From an uncultured virus (IMG/VR IMGVR_UViG_3300042306_000801) (taxonomy: Duplodnaviria > Heunggongvirae > Uroviricota > Caudoviricetes), in the IMG/VR virus record IMGVR_UViG_3300042306_000801: a DNA stretch of 64,000 bases; one strand, 5' to 3'. This document shows positions 40,184 to 48,831 of the stretch, piece by piece; the first letter of the stretch is position 1; each line of letters opens with the position of its first letter. A model generated the notes under the pieces. It saw only the letters and a list, made by a program, of their open reading frames with translations. It ran no database searches and was not told the origin of the DNA. The position numbers and the translations under genes were made by a program.

Positions 40184-40531
40184 ATGGCAAACATTAAAGA
40201 TATAATTAGAAAAATCATAAGAGAAAATTTCATACAGGAGATGGGCAAGAATGATATGCATCTTAAAGCTATTATGAAATACTATGATAAAGGTACTCCA
40301 TCTACAAAAAAACAAGTAGCAATTGTAGTATCCGCTAATAAAAATGCAAATAGAGGTATGATTCTAAATGACCTTATGGATATGGACTATCATGAAATAC
40401 TTGATGTGGAAAAGAAATTAAAGTATGTAAAAGAATACTTTGATAAAAAGGGAAATGAAAGAGTTGCAGTAGCGTTACCTCAAACGGAAGAAGAACCTGT
40501 AAACGAATCAAACGATTGTGGATGTAAATAA
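40184..40531 (+). CDS. Hypothetical (possibly virion-associated) protein
   Basis: N-terminal IRKIIRE; preceded by the ATATTTAT motif. Confidence 0.55.
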   Translation: MANIKDIIRKIIRENFIQEMGKNDMHLKAIMKYYDKGTPSTKKQVAIVVSANKNANRGMILNDLMDMDYHEILDVEKKLKYVKEYFDKKGNERVAVALPQTEEEPVNESNDCGCK

Positions 40532-40656
40532 TCAATTGGATTATGGATATTCAAACATTCAGAACACCTATTCTGGAAGTGCTTCGGAAATAATGTTTTT
40601 TGCAACTGGTAGTACGGAATGGGTTTTAAAGTGGTTTGAAGAAAAAAAGTAAAAAA

Positions 40657-40971
40657 ATGGAAAACATTTATTCAGTAATAATAACAGCAATTACGGTATT
40701 AGGCGGAACAACTGCATTCCGATTCTATGAAAAAAGGGCGTTGAAAAAAGAAAGAGATGAGGATTTTATCAAAACTGATTGTAGAGACCGTATTTCTAAA
40801 TTAGAAGCCCTATTAGTACAATCATCTAAAGAAAAAGATGACCTTCGTAAAATGCTAATTGAAATGACTGCAAAAATTGCTGAATTAACTGTTAGGGTTG
40901 ATTATCTAACTAAAGAGAATGAGAAGTTGGAAAAGATAGTACCAAAACCTAAAAGACAAATTAACGGATAG
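40657..40971 (+). CDS. Membrane-anchored coiled-coil protein
   Basis: N-terminal hydrophobic segment followed by heptad repeats; ATG at 40657. Confidence 0.55.
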   Translation: MENIYSVIITAITVLGGTTAFRFYEKRALKKERDEDFIKTDCRDRISKLEALLVQSSKEKDDLRKMLIEMTAKIAELTVRVDYLTKENEKLEKIVPKPKRQING

Positions 40972-40972
40972 G

Positions 40973-41506
40973 ATGCCAATAGCAAGAACATTATTTATGG
41001 AAAGTAAAAAACTTCGTATTTTTGATTTTGATGATACTCTTGTCAAAACAACTTCCTTTATATATGTAACTCATAAAGACGGAAAAAAATCAACACTAAC
41101 TCCTGGTGAATACGCAGTTTACAAAGAAAGACCAGGTGATGAATTTGATTATTCCGATTTCCAAAAAGTAACCGAACCTAAACTTATTAAAGGGTACTTT
41201 GAATTATTAAAGAGAATGTCAGCTGCCGAAAGTGGTAGAACGGTTTACATATTAACTGCACGCGCTGCATATAGACCGGTACATGAGTTTATTAGAGATT
41301 TAGGTATTAGAAATGTAGAGGTTGTTGCATTGGGTGATGCAAACCCTGAAAAGAAAGCGGATTGGATAGAAGCAAAAGTAAAAGATGAAGGATATGATGA
41401 TGTTTTCTTTGTAGATGATTCTCTTAAAAACGTGGAAGCAGTTAGAAAGAGATTGAAAGCATATCCAAACGTAAAACAAAAAATACAACACATAAAACAT
41501 TCATAA
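40973..41506 (+). CDS. HAD-superfamily phosphatase
   Basis: IFDFDDTL, ILTAR, K, FVDDS..N. Confidence 0.8.
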   Translation: MPIARTLFMESKKLRIFDFDDTLVKTTSFIYVTHKDGKKSTLTPGEYAVYKERPGDEFDYSDFQKVTEPKLIKGYFELLKRMSAAESGRTVYILTARAAYRPVHEFIRDLGIRNVEVVALGDANPEKKADWIEAKVKDEGYDDVFFVDDSLKNVEAVRKRLKAYPNVKQKIQHIKHS

Positions 41507-41509
41507 TAT

Positions 41510-41776
41510 ATGGGCGTAGCAATCGTTATAGTAGACTGTACAAAACAGGATATCAATAAGGCTCTAAAGGAATTCAAAAGAAAGGTAATCAAATCCGGTC
41601 ACATAATGGAATTGAGAGACCGAAAAGAATATACAAAACCCACAACTGAAAAAAGGGAACAAAAACAAAAAGCTATTAGAAGGAGCCAGAGAGATGTTAT
41701 ATTAGATAAAATAGCTGCCGGAATTTTACCATCATCTGCATTAAGCGGAAAGACAAAAAAATCAAATAATTTTTAA
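41510..41776 (+). CDS. rpsU: Ribosomal protein bS21
   Basis: DINKALKEFKRKV..SG...ELRDRKEYTKPT..KR pattern. Confidence 0.85.
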   Translation: MGVAIVIVDCTKQDINKALKEFKRKVIKSGHIMELRDRKEYTKPTTEKREQKQKAIRRSQRDVILDKIAAGILPSSALSGKTKKSNNF

Positions 41777-41804
41777 TCAATATACTTATTTCTAAAAGGA
41801 AGTT

Positions 41805-42275
41805 ATGATATATTGGTTTACAGGACAACCGGGTGCCGGAAAAACTATTCAGGCTACAAAACTTAGAGAATTTCTTCAAACTGAAAAACGTAATTGGAGA
41901 AAAGATGTATTTCACATTGACGGTGATGATTTGAGAGAATTGACACTTAACAAAGATTATTCAGAAACAGGTAGAGTGCAAAATATAAAGAATGCACAAT
42001 TACTTGCTTTTTTCTTAAACGCAAAAGGATGTGATGTTGTTGTATCGTTGGTATCGCCGTATAGGGAATTGAGAGAAGAATTTAAAACGGAATGTGGAGA
42101 GAGTATTGTTGAAATATATGTACACACAACCCGTAAAAGAGGTAGAGAAGAATTCAAAGTACAGGAGTATGAAGCACCTGAAGTAAATTTCTTTGATATG
42201 AATACTACATCGGAAACTCCAATACAATCATTTACCAAATTAATTCATCATCTTAAAAATATTGATAAAATATGA
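41805..42275 (+). CDS. cysC: Adenylylsulfate (APS) kinase-like protein
   Basis: IYWFTGQPGAGKT, IDGDDLR, DYS..GR..N, VSLVSPY...R, EIYV, YEAP. Confidence 0.8.
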   Translation: MIYWFTGQPGAGKTIQATKLREFLQTEKRNWRKDVFHIDGDDLRELTLNKDYSETGRVQNIKNAQLLAFFLNAKGCDVVVSLVSPYRELREEFKTECGESIVEIYVHTTRKRGREEFKVQEYEAPEVNFFDMNTTSETPIQSFTKLIHHLKNIDKI

Positions 42276-42571
42276 ACAAAATAGTTGAAATATTTAAAGC
42301 ATGGGGTATCGCTTTTAATCCAGATGACAGGCAAGTTGATTTAGCTGCCAAACGAATGGAAATTTGTGATGGATGTGAAAATAAAAGAACCTCACCTGTA
42401 ATTCATTGTGCACATTGTGGTTGTGGATTAAAAGGAAAAATATATTCACCCGTAAATGGTGCATGTCCAGTTGGAAAATGGAATCGTGTAGATAATGAGT
42501 ATTTTCAAGCTAGATATCAATACGAAAGAGCGAAAAAATTAGAACAAGAACAAAATAATTCAAATAAATAG
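42272..42571 (+). CDS. Cys-rich small protein
   Basis: R..ICDGC...C.HCGC....K......CP.GKW. Confidence 0.6.
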   Translation: MNKIVEIFKAWGIAFNPDDRQVDLAAKRMEICDGCENKRTSPVIHCAHCGCGLKGKIYSPVNGACPVGKWNRVDNEYFQARYQYERAKKLEQEQNNSNK

Positions 42572-42573
42572 TT

Positions 42574-42981
42574 ATGAAAAAATATGCATTATTCATCGGA
42601 AGATGGCAGACATGGCATAAAGGGCATGAGTGGTTAATTAATCAACAATTAACAAAAGGTAAAAATGTTTGGGTAGCAATTAGAGATGTTGAAACCGATG
42701 AGAAAAATCCAAAATCAGCCCATAGAGTTATGATGGATTTAATGGAAGAACCATTCTTTCAAGAAAACATAGATAGAATCCTAATCAGTATTATTCCTGA
42801 TATTGAAAGTGTAAACTATGGCAGAGGTGTAGGGTATGAAGTTATATATCACCAACCACCAACTGATATTGAAGCTATAAGTGGTACTGGTATTAGACAA
42901 GGGTATATAGATACAAATGGTGATATAATTGTTTACAACGTAGATAAAAATGATAGTACAGCGAAAGAGACACATAGCTAA
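42574..42981 (+). CDS. HiGH-superfamily nucleotidyltransferase (cytidylyltransferase-like)
   Basis: FIGRWQTWHKGH, YGRGVGY, ISGTGIR. Confidence 0.75.
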   Translation: MKKYALFIGRWQTWHKGHEWLINQQLTKGKNVWVAIRDVETDEKNPKSAHRVMMDLMEEPFFQENIDRILISIIPDIESVNYGRGVGYEVIYHQPPTDIEAISGTGIRQGYIDTNGDIIVYNVDKNDSTAKETHS

Positions 42982-43159
42982 AACCATCTCATATCGTATT
43001 TTAAGTACTTTAATTGGGTTTATTATAATGTGGTGGGTAAGTGGTTCAATTAAAATTGGCGCCGCATTTGGGGTAGCAGAATTGATTTACAAACCTATTC
43101 AGTATTACATCCATGAAAGAATTTGGTATAAATGGATAAAATACGGTCTGAAAAAATAA
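42950..43159 (+). CDS. DUF2061-like small membrane protein
   Basis: KTISYR, YYIHERIW. Confidence 0.7.
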   Translation: MIVQRKRHIAKTISYRILSTLIGFIIMWWVSGSIKIGAAFGVAELIYKPIQYYIHERIWYKWIKYGLKK

Positions 43160-43207
43160 AATTGATATACTTATATAAAGAAATTAAATTAGTATATCAA
43201 AATTGTT

Positions 43208-43771
43208 ATGGAAGAACAAAAAGAATTTAAGGAGTTTACAAACTTTGACCCTACAAAGGATTTATCATTAGCTCCCCAAAGAAGAACAAAGAGAGGATTA
43301 GGTGCAAGACCATTGTTAGAGTCTGAAATTAGGGATATACAAAAGAAAGCACGTTCAGCAGCTGAAGCTGCAAAATTATTAGGGGTATCTTACAATACCT
43401 ATAAAAAATACGCAAAAGAATATAAAGTATTTGAGGATTTGAAAAATCCACATGGCATAGGAATTCGTAAAGGGTCTCAAAGTGTGCATGGGTATCATTC
43501 GTTGGATGATATTATTGCGGGAAAATACCCAAAATATCCAGTATGGAAATTAAAAAGAAGATTATTGCTTAGTGGGTATATGGAAGAAAAATGCTGTAAT
43601 TGTGGATTTGAAGAAAGAAGGATTACTGACCATAGAGTTCCATTAGTACTTGATTTTATAGATGGTGATAAAAAGAACCATAAATACGATAATTTAAGGA
43701 TGTTATGCTTCAATTGTTCGTTCCTAATTAACGGAAACCTATCAGGTCCTAAAAAAGAATATGAATATTAA
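43208..43771 (+). CDS. HTH plus degenerate HNH-like zinc domain protein
   Basis: SAAEAAKLLGVSYNTYKKY helix-turn-helix; CCNCG...LDFIDGD..N....NLRMLCFNC. Confidence 0.7.
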   Translation: MEEQKEFKEFTNFDPTKDLSLAPQRRTKRGLGARPLLESEIRDIQKKARSAAEAAKLLGVSYNTYKKYAKEYKVFEDLKNPHGIGIRKGSQSVHGYHSLDDIIAGKYPKYPVWKLKRRLLLSGYMEEKCCNCGFEERRITDHRVPLVLDFIDGDKKNHKYDNLRMLCFNCSFLINGNLSGPKKEYEY

Positions 43772-43803
43772 TTTGGTAGATTCAATAAAATATCGTATAT
43801 TTG
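43772..43803 (+). promoter_or_regulatory. Bacteroidota-type promoter
   Basis: TTTG at 43772-43775, N20, TATATTTG at 43796-43803. Confidence 0.75.
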
Positions 43804-43828
43804 TAATTAAACATTAAAAACATAAATT

Positions 43829-44050
43829 ATGGCAAAGTATTTTGAAGTTACAGTGACCGTACAACACGAAGTAGACGGTGGCAAAGGTGGTACAAAAATT
43901 AAGAAAGTAAAGGAAAACTATTTAGTAGATGCTATGACAGTTACTGAAGCAGAAGCTAGAGTGGTTAAAGAATTTGAAGATGCTGGTATCCAATTGGATT
44001 ACGAAGTAACATCTGCAAAAGAATCTAAAATTTTACAAGTTATCAAGTAA
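43829..44050 (+). CDS. DUF4494-like protein
   Basis: YFEV.V...KKVKENYLVDAMTVTEAEARV, resembling a family associated with Bacteroidota. Confidence 0.65.
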   Translation: MAKYFEVTVTVQHEVDGGKGGTKIKKVKENYLVDAMTVTEAEARVVKEFEDAGIQLDYEVTSAKESKILQVIK

Positions 44051-44307
44051 TGGCATTTGAAACTAAAATAGAAGAAATTAAAGAAGTTGTATTAAAGAGA
44101 GTTCCACCGGGTGACAGATGGCAACCAGTGGATTCTCCTTCTACAATTTTGGAATCTCTAACCGATGGGTTGGAGTATCATTTCCAACAAACTGGACAAA
44201 CCGAATTCTTCCTATCAGCTCGTAAAGGGACGGTAGAAGTAATCTATAAAGAGGAAGTAAAGGTAGAAAAACCTATTACAAAATACTCTTTATATGGTGA
44301 AGATTAA
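44050..44307 (+). CDS. Hypothetical protein
   Basis: 85-aa ORF coupled to the upstream gene (TAATG). Confidence 0.6.
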   Translation: MAFETKIEEIKEVVLKRVPPGDRWQPVDSPSTILESLTDGLEYHFQQTGQTEFFLSARKGTVEVIYKEEVKVEKPITKYSLYGED

Positions 44308-44360
44308 CGTTTGTTTACAAAAAAACTATATATTTATACATAAACCTTAAAACAAAAATT

Positions 44361-44618
44361 ATGACTACATTTTTAATTATTGTGGCAGTTCTAGCAATCG
44401 GTGGAACATTTGCATACTTTGGTATGAAATCTGGTAAGATTGAAGATAAGAACAACAATAACATTCCTGACGTTATCGAAGAAAAAATCGAAGAAGTAAA
44501 GGAAGTTGCAGTTAAAGTAAAGAAAGTAGCTGATAAAGCTAAAAAAGTTGCTAAAACTGTTGTTGTTGAAAAGAAAAAGCCAGCAGCTAAGAAACCAGCA
44601 GCTAAGAAGATTAAGTAA
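44361..44618 (+). CDS. Small membrane protein with a Lys/Ala-rich tail
   Basis: N-terminal TM segment, DKNNNNIPD, KKPAAKKPAAKK. Confidence 0.6.
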   Translation: MTTFLIIVAVLAIGGTFAYFGMKSGKIEDKNNNNIPDVIEEKIEEVKEVAVKVKKVADKAKKVAKTVVVEKKKPAAKKPAAKKIK

Positions 44619-44621
44619 TCA

Positions 44622-45413
44622 ATGAAGAACCTTATATCCGAACTATCTACTATCCAAAAAGAGATTAAGGAAATCAGAAACAAACTATTCGCTGAAATAA
44701 TCACCGAAGGAGTTGATGATCCTGGTATCCTTAAATGTGTCTTTTTGGCTGGTGGACCGGGTAGTGGTAAATCCTATACTGCAAAGGAAATCTTTGGTGT
44801 AGGTAAGGGTGATATTGAAACCGTATCGGCGGGTGGGTTAAAACTCATCAGTTCAGATATGGCATTTGAACAAGCTCTTAAAAAGAATGGTATTAATCCA
44901 AAAGATTTAGCGGATATAGAAAAGAATGACCCTAACTTCTGGGCTTATATAGCCGGAGAAGAAGGTGATTCAATTCGTAACAAAGCTAAAGCCGTTACAC
45001 AAAAACAACAAGCATTTTACGAGGCAGGGAGATTGGGAATGATAATCGACGGAACGGGAGATGAAATTCTTAAAATCCGTAACAAAAAAGAAAAAGCTGA
45101 AAAGCTTGGGTATGATTGTTATATGGTATTCGTAAACACTTCGTTGGAAGTTGCGATTAAAAGAAATGCTGAAAGAAGTAGAAGTCTACCTGAATCATTG
45201 GTAAGAGAAGTATGGTCTAAATGCCAAGAGAATATGGGTAAGTTTCAGGGAATATTCCACAACAATTTTATCATAGTAGATAATACGGAATATCAACCAG
45301 TTTCTAAATCAGTACAAAAACAAGTGGATGCGTTTTTAAGAAAACCAATTGAAAACCCAATAGGAAAAAAATGGATATTGGGAGCTAGATTAATTAAGAA
45401 GCATTTTAAATAG
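44622..45413 (+). CDS. P-loop kinase (zeta-toxin / AAA_33-like)
   Basis: FLAGGPGSGKS, IIDGTG, GYDCYMVFVNTSLEVA..RN..R.R. Confidence 0.75.
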   Translation: MKNLISELSTIQKEIKEIRNKLFAEIITEGVDDPGILKCVFLAGGPGSGKSYTAKEIFGVGKGDIETVSAGGLKLISSDMAFEQALKKNGINPKDLADIEKNDPNFWAYIAGEEGDSIRNKAKAVTQKQQAFYEAGRLGMIIDGTGDEILKIRNKKEKAEKLGYDCYMVFVNTSLEVAIKRNAERSRSLPESLVREVWSKCQENMGKFQGIFHNNFIIVDNTEYQPVSKSVQKQVDAFLRKPIENPIGKKWILGARLIKKHFK

Positions 45414-45449
45414 GTTACGTTACAATTTACAACAAAAATGTAACAACAA

Positions 45450-45575
45450 ATGGCAAAGTCAGTAGGTTCGGCAAACAAAGTATCTTTTGGTAAAAGAAAG
45501 AGCAATCCTAATGGTAAGAAATCGTATGGTCCTAAAGCGCAAGCACCTAAAAAATATAGAGGACAGGGTAGATAA
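45450..45575 (+). CDS. 41-aa basic peptide ending in KKYRGQGR; not in the ORF track
   Basis: Manual translation MAKSVGSANKVSFGKRKSNPNGKKSYGPKAQAPKKYRGQGR, with an A-rich leader. Confidence 0.6.
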   Translation: MAKSVGSANKVSFGKRKSNPNGKKSYGPKAQAPKKYRGQGR

Positions 45576-45584
45576 AATGGGTTT

Positions 45585-45746
45585 ATGAAAAACGAAAAGG
45601 CTTATCTGAAAAAGTTTGTGTATAATGAAATTGATGAAGAAGAATTATACATAAAAGAGAAAGGCAAGGTTAAGAAACTAAAACCAAAGAAGAAAGATTC
45701 TAAACCGGTAAAAGGTAAAAAGAGTTTTTCGGAAGATTGGGATTAA
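45585..45746 (+). CDS. Small Lys-rich hypothetical protein (53 aa)
   Basis: Manual translation MKNEKAYLKKFVYNEIDEEE...KKSFSEDWD; fills the gap between genes. Confidence 0.45.
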   Translation: MKNEKAYLKKFVYNEIDEEELYIKEKGKVKKLKPKKKDSKPVKGKKSFSEDWD

Positions 45747-45757
45747 AATATAGAGTT

Positions 45758-46171
45758 ATGAATAAATGGTTATGGAGAGCGCTCGGCTTACTTTTTGTAG
45801 GTTGTGCGTACATAGGAGCTATTGTACCAGGTATACCTATGACAACCTTTGTGGTACTAGCAGCGTGGGCATTTGCTAAAAGCTCACCGGCATTAAATCA
45901 TTGGCTACACACACATCCAACATTTTCACCACACTTAATAAGATGGGAAACTAAAAGTATTTATCCAACAAAAGTAAAATGGATAATGGCTATCACTATG
46001 ATAGTTAGTTACACTATTCTATTATTCACACTTTCACACAAACCATTTGCACTTATTGGTATTGGTTGCTTTATGTTATTTTGGTTAGTATGGGCTTGGA
46101 GATATCCAGGTTCGGAAGAAGAATATGAACGTAGAGTAAAAGCTGGAGAAAAAATTGGATGGAGAAAATAA
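45758..46171 (+). CDS. YbaN / DUF454-like inner-membrane protein
   Basis: IGAIVPGIPMTTFVVLAAWAFAKSSP.L..WL..HP.F. Confidence 0.8.
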   Translation: MNKWLWRALGLLFVGCAYIGAIVPGIPMTTFVVLAAWAFAKSSPALNHWLHTHPTFSPHLIRWETKSIYPTKVKWIMAITMIVSYTILLFTLSHKPFALIGIGCFMLFWLVWAWRYPGSEEEYERRVKAGEKIGWRK

Positions 46172-46188
46172 TATAATGTATAGTTATA

Positions 46189-46962
46189 GTGATGGAAGAT
46201 GTTACGGTTATTATTCAAGGAAGATTACTACCTGAATGTTATGAATTTTGGATAAAGAATTATAAAGATTGTCCTGTCATACTTTCAACTTGGGTAGATA
46301 CTGAAATAGATTTTAAAAATTTACCTGAAAACTTTACCGTATTACTCAGTCCATATCCTTTTGATTTTGGTGCACAAAATCTCAACCTTCAACTAATATC
46401 AACTCTAACTGCACTAAAACGGGTTGAAACAAAATATGTTATAAAATTGAGAGGAGATGAGTATTACTCCAATTTGCAATATATTAGAAATTCTATATTA
46501 GTTGAACCACACAAAATACACACATCACCTATATTTTTTAGAGCATGGGAATATGCGGAATACCACATATCAGACCATATTGTTGCGGGAACTTTGGAAA
46601 ATATGTTAGTTATGTTTGGTGAAACTAAATATAATTTTGACACTGGTAAAGTAAATATCTCTAAATGGAAAGTGGATGGTAAATTTCATAAATGGGTTAC
46701 CACACATGCACCGGAAGAAAGAATTACTAAATCATATTTAAATGCAAAAGAACCATTTAGATTTGAGAAAGTTGATGGTAGAATTATAATGATGGAGCAT
46801 TTTAATATTTTAGATATTGAATTACTTCATCCTTATAAAATTAAAGCAAATCTATTTAGAAAAGAATGGACGAGTGGATTTATACCCGAAAGAAACTTTA
46901 GCATATCTAGAATAGAACAACTATTTGCAGATGACCCTTATAAACGAAATGACGAAAAATGA
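46189..46962 (+). CDS. WavE-like protein
   Basis: VTVIIQG, ILSTW, NLNLQLIST..AL, YVIKLRGD, HISDH...G. Confidence 0.6.
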   Translation: MMEDVTVIIQGRLLPECYEFWIKNYKDCPVILSTWVDTEIDFKNLPENFTVLLSPYPFDFGAQNLNLQLISTLTALKRVETKYVIKLRGDEYYSNLQYIRNSILVEPHKIHTSPIFFRAWEYAEYHISDHIVAGTLENMLVMFGETKYNFDTGKVNISKWKVDGKFHKWVTTHAPEERITKSYLNAKEPFRFEKVDGRIIMMEHFNILDIELLHPYKIKANLFRKEWTSGFIPERNFSISRIEQLFADDPYKRNDEK

Positions 46963-47426
46963 TTTACATATCACATAGAGGAAATATAAACGGAAGAATA
47001 GAAGAAGCTGAAAATAAGCCAGAGTATATTGATGATACACTTCAAATGGGATTTGATGTTGAGATTGATGTTTGGTATATTGATGGTAAATGGTGGCTAG
47101 GCCACGATGGCCCACAATACGAAATAGATTTTAATTGGATAGATGATAGAAGTGCTAGATTATGGGTACATTGTAAAAATAAGCAAGCGGTTGAATACTT
47201 TACTGAAAACGATTATGAGGCGGCTAATATTAATTGGTTTTGGCATGAGGAAGATACAATGACTTTGACATCGTTCAATTACGTTTGGGTATATCCAGGT
47301 AAACAACCGATTAAGAAAAGTATAGCCGTAATGCCTGAAATATATAATGATGATATTTCCAAATGTAGTGGAATTTGTTCAGATGTAATTGAAAAATATA
47401 AAAATGAAAATATATCCACCAACTAA
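46959..47426 (+). CDS. PLC / glycerophosphodiester phosphodiesterase-like protein
   Basis: ISHRGN, EN.P.YI, GFDVEIDVW, LGHD, WVHCKN, GICSD. Confidence 0.75.
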   Translation: MIYISHRGNINGRIEEAENKPEYIDDTLQMGFDVEIDVWYIDGKWWLGHDGPQYEIDFNWIDDRSARLWVHCKNKQAVEYFTENDYEAANINWFWHEEDTMTLTSFNYVWVYPGKQPIKKSIAVMPEIYNDDISKCSGICSDVIEKYKNENISTN

Positions 47427-47805
47427 AATATATATAGGAAAAAGTTCCGTTCATGGGTATGGTGTGTTTGCAAATGAAGCAATAGAGGCCGGAGAAATCA
47501 TAGAAGAATGTCCTATATATGATTTGAAAATTGAAAAAGGAGAAATGAGTTCTCTAATGAACGATTATCGTTTTAACTGGCCACAAGGAGCTGGTTCGGA
47601 ATGGGAAAGGCAAGTTTTATCATGGGGGTATGGTTGTTTGTATAATCATTCTGAAAGTGCAAATGCATATTGGCGTTCTAATTTAGAAAAAGAAACGTTT
47701 GAATTCGTTTCTAACAGGCGAATTGAAAAAGATGAAGAAATATTTGTTTGGTATGGTGGGGTATCATATTGGCAAGACGGTAGAACTAATACAAATGTAA
47801 TATGA
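47404..47805 (+). CDS. SET-domain lysine methyltransferase
   Basis: S.VHGYGVFA, GEIIEE, LYNHS...N, I..DEEIF..YG..YW. Confidence 0.88.
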   Translation: MKIYPPTKIYIGKSSVHGYGVFANEAIEAGEIIEECPIYDLKIEKGEMSSLMNDYRFNWPQGAGSEWERQVLSWGYGCLYNHSESANAYWRSNLEKETFEFVSNRRIEKDEEIFVWYGGVSYWQDGRTNTNVI

Positions 47806-48617
47806 AAGTAGCGTTATGTTTTTCAGGTCATATGAGAGACCTAAATGAAACTAAAAATTTTTGGACAGAGCTTATTAAGAAGTATGATATAGACGTATAT
47901 GCTTCTTTTTGGGATATTGAAAATCCTGAATTAGGCGATACTATAAAAGAATTTGAAAAAGTATATACTCCTAAACGTTTGGAAGTAGAAAGTTATGATA
48001 TCTTCAAACAAACCACACAGGATTTCGCATCCATGCACATACAATCGCCAACAAATATAGATTTACTTTTTCAGAATACAACTAAAGCGTTTGGGCAACT
48101 ATCTATGTACTATAAAGTATGGAGAGCAAATATGTTATCAAAACAATTAGGAATTGAATATGATATTGTTATACGAACTCGTATTGATATTGTATTAGAT
48201 GAAAATTTTGAACTTCAATTAAATGATTATTTAAACGTACCTATGGGTAGGGTACAATCTTATACTTGGTCAAATAATTTTGGAATCAATGATTGTTTTG
48301 CATATGGTAGGCCAAAAATAATGGATTATTATTCTTTTATATTCTTACAAATGATGGAATACTTAAAACAAGGACATTACGCATTTCCACCAGAACATTT
48401 TTTATCGGTACATTTTAGTAAGATAAAAATAGAAATAAGAGAATTTCCAAATTATATGATTATAACTAGGATATCCAAAGGAACTCAACATGAAGTGTAT
48501 AACAAATTTATATCACCACCTAGAGAAGAAATTCTATGGAGTGATAGGACTGAATTTTTACCGGACCCAAATGGTAGTTTTAAAAAGAGTTCTATAAAAG
48601 ATGATTTTAACGTTTAA
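47802..48617 (+). CDS. Putative glycosyltransferase-like protein
   Basis: MKVALCFSGHMR, SMYYK, YDIVIRTRID, NDCFAYG, PE..L. Confidence 0.6.
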   Translation: MKVALCFSGHMRDLNETKNFWTELIKKYDIDVYASFWDIENPELGDTIKEFEKVYTPKRLEVESYDIFKQTTQDFASMHIQSPTNIDLLFQNTTKAFGQLSMYYKVWRANMLSKQLGIEYDIVIRTRIDIVLDENFELQLNDYLNVPMGRVQSYTWSNNFGINDCFAYGRPKIMDYYSFIFLQMMEYLKQGHYAFPPEHFLSVHFSKIKIEIREFPNYMIITRISKGTQHEVYNKFISPPREEILWSDRTEFLPDPNGSFKKSSIKDDFNV

Positions 48618-48652
48618 TTCAACAATGATATATTTAATCAAAATATAGTATT

Positions 48653-48820
48653 ATGAATATGGAAAATAAAATTAAAGACATAATAGAAATGCTAGAAGAT
48701 GCTATTTCATTTGAAGATTGGCGTAGAGTGGAAGATGCTAGAAAAGAATTAACATTTTTGTTTGAAGAAATTGAGTCATCATTTCCAATGGATGAATGGG
48801 ATAATGAAGAACTTGATTAA
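48653..48820 (+). CDS. Small acidic hypothetical protein (55 aa)
   Basis: Manual translation MNMENKIKDIIEMLEDAISFEDWRRVEDARKEL... Confidence 0.5.
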   Translation: MNMENKIKDIIEMLEDAISFEDWRRVEDARKELTFLFEEIESSFPMDEWDNEELD

Positions 48821-48831
48821 TACATAAAATT

